Made by a program: the position numbers and the translations under genes
The notes under the pieces: generated by a model
The model's input: only the letters and a program-made list of their open reading frames with translations
Databases searched by the model: none
What the model was told of the DNA's origin: nothing
Part shown: positions 18,313-24,400 of the stretch, piece after piece
Layout: each line of letters opens with the position of its first letter
Numbering within the stretch: the stretch's first letter is position 1
Origin: an uncultured Eubacteriales bacterium
GTDB taxonomy: Bacteria; Bacillota; Clostridia; Peptostreptococcales; Anaerovoracaceae
Assembly: GCA_902786815.1 (NCBI GenBank)
Contig: CADADV010000006.1
Coordinates: 50,344-114,343, forward strand
Direction: 5' to 3'
DNA: 64,000 bases

Positions 18313-19187
18313 TACTCGTACCGTCCCTTCATGATCTTCGCAAGCCGGATGCCCAGTTCCTCGGCCTCCTCCGGGTTTCCTGTGATCGATTCCCTGTGCC
18401 ACTTGCCCGTCGGATCGTCATAGTACAGTCCCTCGATCGTAAGTTCTTCGTCCCCACATACTGCAAATGCTGCAATGGGGGAGGAACATCCGCCGTCGAG
18501 CCAGCGGACAAAGGCACGCTCCGCCAGAACTTCCCGTTCTGTCTTCTTATCGTTGAAACCATCAGCCCAGCTGTAATCCTCCCCGCGTCTTCCCTGCACA
18601 GCCAGAACGCCCTGTCCTGCTGCCGGAAGGATCTCGGACGGTTCGAAATATTTGTAGATGCGTCCCTCCAGACCGAGACGGACCAGCCCTGCGGCTGCCA
18701 GCACCAGTGCGCCGTACTGTCCTTCATCAAGTTTTCTGAGCCGCGTCTGCACGTTTCCTCTGACGCTTTCCACCCTCGCCTGGGGATAAAGTTTTTCGAT
18801 CTGGATCCTCCTGCGGAAGCTGGAACTTCCGATTGGTTTGCTGAAGTCGATCTCATCTGCACCCTCCGGCAGGACCAGCACGTCCCTGGGATCCTCCCGT
18901 CCGGAGAACGCAATGACCGGCAGTTCTTCAGACACCTCCATCGGCAGATCCTTCAGCGAGTGGACGGAAATGTCGCTGCGTCCGTCCAGCAGCGCATGAT
19001 CCAGTTCCTTCACAAAGAGGCCTTTGCCGCCGATTTTATCCAGCGTCTTGTTCAGGATCTTATCGCCTGTTGTCTTCATTTTGACGAGCTCGTACTCCAT
19101 GCCGATCCCTGTCAGGTAATCTCCGACCATCTCACTCTGGATGACTGCGAGCACGCTCTCTCTGGTTCCGATTCTTACCGGTTTCAT
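18312..19187 (-). CDS. hemC: Hydroxymethylbilane synthase (porphobilinogen deaminase)
   Basis: IGTRESVLAVIQSE, GKGLFVKELD, HSLKDLP, and a C-terminal Cys in GGCSSPIAA. Confidence 0.95.
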   Translation of the reverse strand: MKPVRIGTRESVLAVIQSEMVGDYLTGIGMEYELVKMKTTGDKILNKTLDKIGGKGLFVKELDHALLDGRSDISVHSLKDLPMEVSEELPVIAFSGREDPRDVLVLPEGADEIDFSKPIGSSSFRRRIQIEKLYPQARVESVRGNVQTRLRKLDEGQYGALVLAAAGLVRLGLEGRIYKYFEPSEILPAAGQGVLAVQGRRGEDYSWADGFNDKKTEREVLAERAFVRWLDGGCSSPIAAFAVCGDEELTIEGLYYDDPTGKWHRESITGNPEEAEELGIRLAKIMKGRYE

Positions 19188-19200
19188 ATTACTTCCTCTT

Positions 19201-19668
19201 TCATATCCCTTCCTCTGTCAGTATTTCCTGAATGCGTTCCCGGACCCTTTTGGCTTTTGCGTGATCCTTGCCAGATGCCGTGATGCCGATGACGGTATCT
19301 CCCTGCCGGACGATGCCCGGGAAGTAGAAGTCGCACAGATTCTTATCGCTGGACACATTGACCAAAATGCCTTTCCGGCGGCACATCAGAGCGATCTGCT
19401 CATTCAGTTCCTCATCATCCGTCGCAACGAAAACAAGATCTTTCTCTTCCAGATCTTCGTCATCAAACTCCCGCATGATCCAGCTGACCTCCCCTTCTTC
19501 TGTGAGGGCGAGGATGCTGCCGTCCGCTTCCGGCGCCACGATGGTGATCCGCTGGATGAACGGCGCAAGAGCGTTGATTCTCCGAGCAGCGATCTTGCCG
19601 CCTCCGACGAAGAGGATCTCCTTCTCGCTGATGTCCACAAATAGTGGGAAATACTGTCTTTCTGTCAT
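19201..19668 (-). CDS. sirC: Precorrin-2 dehydrogenase / sirohydrochlorin ferrochelatase (CysG N-terminal type)
   Basis: FPLFVDISEKEILFVGGGKIAARRI is an NAD-binding motif. The length is 155 aa. Confidence 0.82.
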   Translation of the reverse strand: MTERQYFPLFVDISEKEILFVGGGKIAARRINALAPFIQRITIVAPEADGSILALTEEGEVSWIMREFDDEDLEEKDLVFVATDDEELNEQIALMCRRKGILVNVSSDKNLCDFYFPGIVRQGDTVIGITASGKDHAKAKRVRERIQEILTEEGI

Positions 19669-20795
19669 TGTCTCTTCCTCCTCTTCAGCACCAGATTCAG
19701 GATACCGCCGCCGATGATGATGAGCAGCGCGATATAGATCACTCGCTTCGCCGCTTCCTGCGGTACCTTCGTCACGGAGTTGATTGTGTCTTTATAAAAT
19801 GTCAGTTCATATTCGATCTCCACCGGATCGCCCATAGCTGTCGTATCCGCAATGACACGGATCGGCTGATCGAACAGCGCTACCGGGATCGTGAATGTGG
19901 AGTTGCCTCCGTCTTTGGATTCGTTTTCGTATTTGATGCCGTTGATCTTCATGTAGTCGTAGTGGGAGCTGCTCCAGAGAAGTCTGGCGTACGCCTTGCC
20001 GCCCCTGACGATGAACCAGGTCGGCGAGCTGACCGAAGCTCTTCCCGAGCCGCCTATCATATTGACCTCGATGGAATAGGTGTCGTCCTCCATGTCTATC
20101 TCCGCCGGAATCAGAAACGATGCATTGCTCTCTGCTTTTTCTTTGCCTTCTTCCGCCGGATTCTGGTCCGCAGCGGAGCCTTTGCCCTCGTCATACTGCT
20201 CTACAGCCTTGTCGATCAGGTCGTAATCAGGCAGTTTGATCTTGAGCGCCTTCTCAGGCAGGCCGGACGCATCGATCAGGATGTCCCTGTCGTACCACTG
20301 TTTTTCTTTTTTGCTGAAGGCTGCGCAGGCGATCGGCGCGTTCAGCGCCTCCACCGGGATGGTGAAACTGCCCCGCGCATCCTTTTCGTCTGCGAAGATA
20401 TAGTCCTTTTCCGGAGCCTTTGCTGCGTCAACTGCTTTGCCCATGTATACGCACTTGTAGCTGGTGCTGTCGATGGTCATGACCGCCGTCATCCGGCCGC
20501 CCTTGACCGTCAGTTTGCAGGCGTAGATGCTGAAAAAGCTGGAGCTGCTCTCCATGTCGACATCGTAGGTGCCGTCCTCGATGCTCCTACCGTAGACCGG
20601 CGTCATGCCGTACTTACCTACGTCCTTGGTTTCGGCAGTTTCTGCGCCGGAAGCAACATCCTCGTAGCCTTCGGCGGCCCATGTATGATCCAAGCATGCC
20701 GGGCAGAACATTATCATGGACACTGCAAGCAGCGCAGCGATAAAGACAGCCGCGATGCTCCCCCCTATGGAATTGTGTCCTCTGCATTCAGTCAT
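19665..20795 (-). CDS. Extracytoplasmic protein with an N-terminal signal/anchor, two unknown beta-rich domains and a C-terminal TM anchor. It is a paralog of 28997..29833.
   Basis: The N-terminus is hydrophobic (IAAVFIAALLAVSMIMF). The C-terminus is RVIYIALLIIIGGGILNLVLKRRKRQ. Domain 2 (WSSSHYDYMKINGIKYE...FTIPVALFDQPIRVIADTTAMGDPVEIEYELTF) aligns with WSSPHYDYMIVDGEKYE...FEIPVSVMNEPFTVIADTTAMSEPHEIEYKLTV in the plus-strand lipoprotein. Confidence 0.7.
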   Translation of the reverse strand: MTECRGHNSIGGSIAAVFIAALLAVSMIMFCPACLDHTWAAEGYEDVASGAETAETKDVGKYGMTPVYGRSIEDGTYDVDMESSSSFFSIYACKLTVKGGRMTAVMTIDSTSYKCVYMGKAVDAAKAPEKDYIFADEKDARGSFTIPVEALNAPIACAAFSKKEKQWYDRDILIDASGLPEKALKIKLPDYDLIDKAVEQYDEGKGSAADQNPAEEGKEKAESNASFLIPAEIDMEDDTYSIEVNMIGGSGRASVSSPTWFIVRGGKAYARLLWSSSHYDYMKINGIKYENESKDGGNSTFTIPVALFDQPIRVIADTTAMGDPVEIEYELTFYKDTINSVTKVPQEAAKRVIYIALLIIIGGGILNLVLKRRKRQ

Positions 20796-20816
20796 GTTCT
20801 GTTTCCTATATGTTTC

Positions 20817-21590
20817 CTAAATCTTCTCTGCATGCTCCGCGTGCTCCGCGAACATGTCCTGTATCTCTTCGTATTCTCCCAAGCCTGCCAGGATCACTTC
20901 TGTTGTGTATCCCACTGCTTCCAACTGTTTCTGCCAGGAATCCGGTGCATCCCCTGCCAGATCGTTGACGGCGTGGTCCCCTGCCACGATCATCAGCGGC
21001 GCGAGGATGACCTTCCTGTATCCTGACTGCTCCAGCAGCGCCTTCGCGTCCTCGAATGCCGGCGTTCCTTCGACAGTCCCCACGAACACATTGTCCGCAC
21101 CTGCAGAGGCGAGGCTGTCCTGCAGCTGTTCGTAGACCGGCACCGGATGTTTTTCCGATCCGTGTCCCATCAGAAGCAGGGCTTCGTCACCGCGGCAAAG
21201 AGTCCGCATGATCTGCGCCACGCGCGCCCTGTCCTCTTCGTTGTCCAGCAGCGGACGTCCCACGGCGATACGCTCGAACCGGTCCGCGAACGTTCTGACG
21301 ATTCCCAGCATGCGCCGGTTCTCGTAGCCGTCCGACAGGTGGGTCGGCTGAACGATCACATCCGTGACGCCGGCATCGGCCAGTTTTTCCAGCGCTTCCT
21401 CCGGCGTATCGATCGCCAGCCCTTCTGCCTTTGCAACTTTCCTTATAATAAAGCTGCTGGTCCACGCACGCCGCACATCCCTGTCCGGGAAACGTTCTGC
21501 CAGTTTCCGCTCGATCGCACCGATCGTACGCTCGCGCGTCTGCGCATATGAAGTTCCGAAGCTGATGACCAGCAATGCTTTTTCTTTCAT
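20817..21590 (-). CDS. cbiK: Sirohydrochlorin cobaltochelatase (anaerobic pathway), cytoplasmic
   Basis: ALLVISFGTS, VIVQPTHLSDGYE, LLLMGHGSEKH, and VAGDHAVNDLAGD. No signal peptide is present. Confidence 0.92.
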   Translation of the reverse strand: MKEKALLVISFGTSYAQTRERTIGAIERKLAERFPDRDVRRAWTSSFIIRKVAKAEGLAIDTPEEALEKLADAGVTDVIVQPTHLSDGYENRRMLGIVRTFADRFERIAVGRPLLDNEEDRARVAQIMRTLCRGDEALLLMGHGSEKHPVPVYEQLQDSLASAGADNVFVGTVEGTPAFEDAKALLEQSGYRKVILAPLMIVAGDHAVNDLAGDAPDSWQKQLEAVGYTTEVILAGLGEYEEIQDMFAEHAEHAEKI

Positions 21591-21592
21591 TG

Positions 21593-22324
21593 TTATAAGT
21601 TCTTCTTTTTATATACAAAGGCCACGGAGATGGCCGAGAATACTGCCAGGTACAAAAGCAGCACGATCCAACCGAACACGCCTGTCGTTCCTCCTGCTGA
21701 TACGCTCCGGATCATTTCGCATGCCTGTGACAGGGGCAGAAGTTCCACGAACTGCCGGATCCCCATGGGCATCTGCTCCGTGGAGAAGAAGGTGTTGCAC
21801 AGGAAGGACATGGGCATGATGATATACGATGTGAAACGCGGTGCGTCCGTGTAGCTCTTCGCCAGGAACGACAGCACCAGCGCGATCGTCGAGAACACGA
21901 GCCCGTTCAGGAACATGACCAGGAAGGACCAGCCGTTGAAGGTCAGATCCGCCGCGATGGGCATCGTAATGAGCAGGATGATGCATGCTGCGTACATGCC
22001 CCGCAGGCTCCCGCCGATGACCTGCCCCAGGATGAACTGCCACAGCGGCGTCGGCGAGACCATAACCTGATCGAGGGCCTTCTCGTACAGCCGCTGCACG
22101 CTCATGTTCTGTGCCACGGCGCTGAAGCTTCCGGTCATGGTGGACATGGCTACGATGCCGGGGACCAGGAAGTTCAGGTACGGCTCCCCGTGGGAGGTGG
22201 TCTGGATCCCGAGTCCGAACACGATAAGATACATCAGCGGTGTGATAGTCGCCGCCAATGTGATCTTATAGAAGTCCCTCCGGAACTCTCTCCATTTTTC
22301 CCACAATACTGCAATGATTCCCAT
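21593..22324 (-). CDS. ABC-2-type transporter permease
   Basis: Six predicted TM segments of ABC-2 style. The start is uncertain: ATG 22324 (MGIIAVLWEKW) or the track start 22393, which would overlap the ATPase gene by 44 nt. Confidence 0.78.
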   Translation of the reverse strand: MGIIAVLWEKWREFRRDFYKITLAATITPLMYLIVFGLGIQTTSHGEPYLNFLVPGIVAMSTMTGSFSAVAQNMSVQRLYEKALDQVMVSPTPLWQFILGQVIGGSLRGMYAACIILLITMPIAADLTFNGWSFLVMFLNGLVFSTIALVLSFLAKSYTDAPRFTSYIIMPMSFLCNTFFSTEQMPMGIRQFVELLPLSQACEMIRSVSAGGTTGVFGWIVLLLYLAVFSAISVAFVYKKKNL

Positions 22325-22349
22325 ATATGAAACGCCTTTGCTTTCGCCT

Positions 22350-23192
22350 CTATTTTCCTCCAAGCCCTCTGCCGATCCGGTAGATGAACACATCCTCCAG
22401 CGTAGTGTTTCGCATGGACGCTTCCTTGTCGGATCCGCGCAGGTACTCGATGGCTTCTTCCTTGCTGTGGAAGTGGGAGGAATGCAAAGTCTCCTCCGCT
22501 GTCTCGTCCACTGTATACCGGCCGAGTTCCTCGATCAGATTCGCCGGCGTGTCGATCGTATTCAGGCTGCCCTTGTTGATGAGCGCGATGCGCTCGCACA
22601 GGGACTGGGCCTCTTCAATGTAGTGCGTCGTCAGGAGGATCGTAATGCCCTCTGCGTGGAGCTGCCGCAGCAGGTTCCACATCTGCCGTCTGGAGATGGC
22701 GTCCATCCCGGCTGTCGGCTCATCGAGCAGCAGGATCTGCGGCTCTGTCATAAGGGCGCGGCAAATCATGAGCTTCCGCTTCATGCCGCCCGAAAGGTGG
22801 CGCACCACCCTGTGCCTGTACTCACTCAGGCCGGCAAATTCCAGAAGTTCTGCGCTTTTCTGTTTGATGACTTTCTTCGGCAGATAATACAGCCTGCCCT
22901 GATACTCCATCACTTCATCCATGGTCATATCCTGACGCATGGAGTACTCCTGGGTGATAACGCTCAGTTTGCTCTTTTCGACGGAGGCCTTTCGGTCCAG
23001 TTTCTTCCCGTCGATGAAGATCTGCCCTTCCGTCGGCAGCAGAACAGTGGAGAGCATGCTGATGGTCGTGGTCTTGCCGGCGCCGTTGGGTCCGAGCAGA
23101 CCGAAGAACTCTCCTGTTTCGATGGTCATATTCAGGTGATCCACTGCCGTGAAGTCACCGAATTTTTTAGTAACATCTTTTAATTCGATCAT
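22350..23192 (-). CDS. ABC transporter ATP-binding protein (ABC-2/DrrA-like)
   Basis: Walker A is GPNGAGKTT, the signature is LSGGMKRKL and Walker B is LLLDEPTAGMD. Confidence 0.9.
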   Translation of the reverse strand: MIELKDVTKKFGDFTAVDHLNMTIETGEFFGLLGPNGAGKTTTISMLSTVLLPTEGQIFIDGKKLDRKASVEKSKLSVITQEYSMRQDMTMDEVMEYQGRLYYLPKKVIKQKSAELLEFAGLSEYRHRVVRHLSGGMKRKLMICRALMTEPQILLLDEPTAGMDAISRRQMWNLLRQLHAEGITILLTTHYIEEAQSLCERIALINKGSLNTIDTPANLIEELGRYTVDETAEETLHSSHFHSKEEAIEYLRGSDKEASMRNTTLEDVFIYRIGRGLGGK

Positions 23193-23226
23193 GATTTATG
23201 ATTCATGGCTGTGATGCTTTTGCAGC

Positions 23227-23925
23227 TTACAGATCCCTTTCGTCTTCTTTGGCGATGATCAGGGAGAAGTACCCCGCTTCATCCGGGATCTCGTCCACGC
23301 CTCTGTAGATTTTCTCTCCGGGCATGCCGCAGTTTTCGACGACATTCACATCCCTGCCGCTTGCCCTGAGGATCTCCTTGACCTCAGCCATGTGGCTGCC
23401 GGATTTCATGAGCACGTAGTTGCCCGGCAGGCTCAGGTCATCGCCCAGCTTGTGCAGCGCCGGCATGATGTGGAGCGGTTCGTTCCACTCGCACAGAGGA
23501 ATGTTCACGCGGGCCGCCGCCGCGCAGAAGGATGTGATGCCCGGCACCAGTTCTGTCTCATAGCCGTCCTCTTCCATGATGGCCTGCAGGTAGGTGAAGG
23601 TACAGTAAACGGTCGAGTCTCCCAGTGTCAGGTAGACGACATTCTTTCCCTCATCCAGGTATTTCTCGATGATCTGCGCCCCCGCCTTGTGCTGCCGGCG
23701 GATCTCATCCTTGTCCATCTTCATGGGCATGTACACCGGGACCAGTTCCTTCTCTGCCAGCTCCGGCACCGCCGCACAGGCGATCTTGTATGCGACTGTT
23801 TCCTTCGGTTCCTTGCCCGGGAAACAGAACACGTCGTTTTCTTTGATCAGTTCTACTGCTCGCAGCGTCATGAGTTTCGGATCTCCCGGACCCACGCCGA
23901 CGCCGTATGCTTTTCCTTTTGCCAT
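23227..23925 (-). CDS. cbiL: Precorrin-2 / cobalt-factor II C20-methyltransferase
   Basis: AYGVGVGPGDPKLMTLRA ... TLGDSTVYCTF. The preferred start is MAKGKAY at 23925, with GAGGAAGAAGG immediately upstream. Confidence 0.9.
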   Translation of the reverse strand: MAKGKAYGVGVGPGDPKLMTLRAVELIKENDVFCFPGKEPKETVAYKIACAAVPELAEKELVPVYMPMKMDKDEIRRQHKAGAQIIEKYLDEGKNVVYLTLGDSTVYCTFTYLQAIMEEDGYETELVPGITSFCAAAARVNIPLCEWNEPLHIMPALHKLGDDLSLPGNYVLMKSGSHMAEVKEILRASGRDVNVVENCGMPGEKIYRGVDEIPDEAGYFSLIIAKEDERDL

Positions 23926-23959
23926 CCTTCTTCCTCGTTTCTTCCTAAACACGACAAAA

Positions 23960-24085
23960 ACGACCGCCCCATCTCAGAAGACGGTATTTGATTCTGACAG
24001 GTACCCCGACTTGGTTCTTATTGATTTCACGGTTGCTGAGACACAGTGCCGGATTCGCACCGGCTTCCCCTGCATCAGAATGACT
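23960..24085 (-). promoter_or_regulatory. Cobalamin riboswitch no. 2 (short form lacking the peripheral extension), leader of the cbiL operon
   Basis: The minus strand reads GGGGAAGCCGGTGCGAATCCGGCACTGTGTCTCAGCAACCGTGAAATCAATAAGAACCAAGTCGGGGTACCTGTCAGAATC. It has the conserved GGTG.GAATCC core and a B12-box-like AAGTCGGGGTACCTGTCAG. A T-rich tract (GGTCGTTTTTGTCG) precedes the cbiL RBS. Confidence 0.8.
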
Positions 24086-24103
24086 CTTTTATTCTTGTTG
24101 TCT

Positions 24104-24132
24104 ATGTTATACGTATGAGACAGTAATGTCAA
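24104..24132 (-). promoter_or_regulatory. Promoter candidate driving riboswitch no. 2
   Basis: TTGACA (24132..24127), a 17-nt spacer, then TAACAT (24109..24104). Confidence 0.5.
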
Positions 24133-24190
24133 TGCTGTATAGTTTTCACATCCCACATCTGATGACAAGAACACTTCGTACTTCACACAC

Positions 24191-24313
24191 TTCTTGTACG
24201 ACAGTACAAGAAAGACAGGATCAACGCTTTTTTCTTGTACAAAAGTCGTGATAATCCTGTCTTTATCGTTCTGTTAATGCAAGAGATTGTCTGTTTTCCC
24301 TCATTTCTTGTAC
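24191..24313. repeat. Cluster of TTCTTGTAC motifs with nested inverted repeats
   Basis: TTCTTGTAC occurs at 24191..24199, 24232..24240 and 24305..24313, and inverted (GTACAAGAA) at 24204..24212. CTTCTTGTAC-gaca-GTACAAGAAG forms a 10-bp hairpin. AAGACAGGAT (24212..24221) and ATCCTGTCTT (24254..24263) are perfect complements. Confidence 0.5.
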
Positions 24314-24400
24314 CCGCGGCGTCTATGATCCGCAGCAACGCCTCTGGCTCACTCTTGAACGACCCACCAACACTAGTGTATCATTTCATTCTCTTCCTGA

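Noticed and set aside
16801-18402. A 30-codon N-terminal extension of cobA-hemD (MAQGIDHRKPGGGRG...)
   Set aside because: The extension overlaps the hemC coding end by 90 nt and is Gly/Arg-rich. The conserved methyltransferase N-terminus starts at MTGKVWLVGAGPGDPG, with a TAATG coupling junction.
19644-21026. 460-aa plus-strand ORF. The same reasoning covers 13009..14133, 32701..34119, 35995..37263, 39437..40828 and 53490..54728.
   Set aside because: All are antisense to well-supported minus-strand genes. They lack recognisable motifs and have biased Arg/His/Cys composition.
24191-24313. Repeated 9-mers, considered as a mini CRISPR array
   Set aside because: The repeats are only 9 nt, irregularly spaced and of mixed orientation. 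There are no cas genes.
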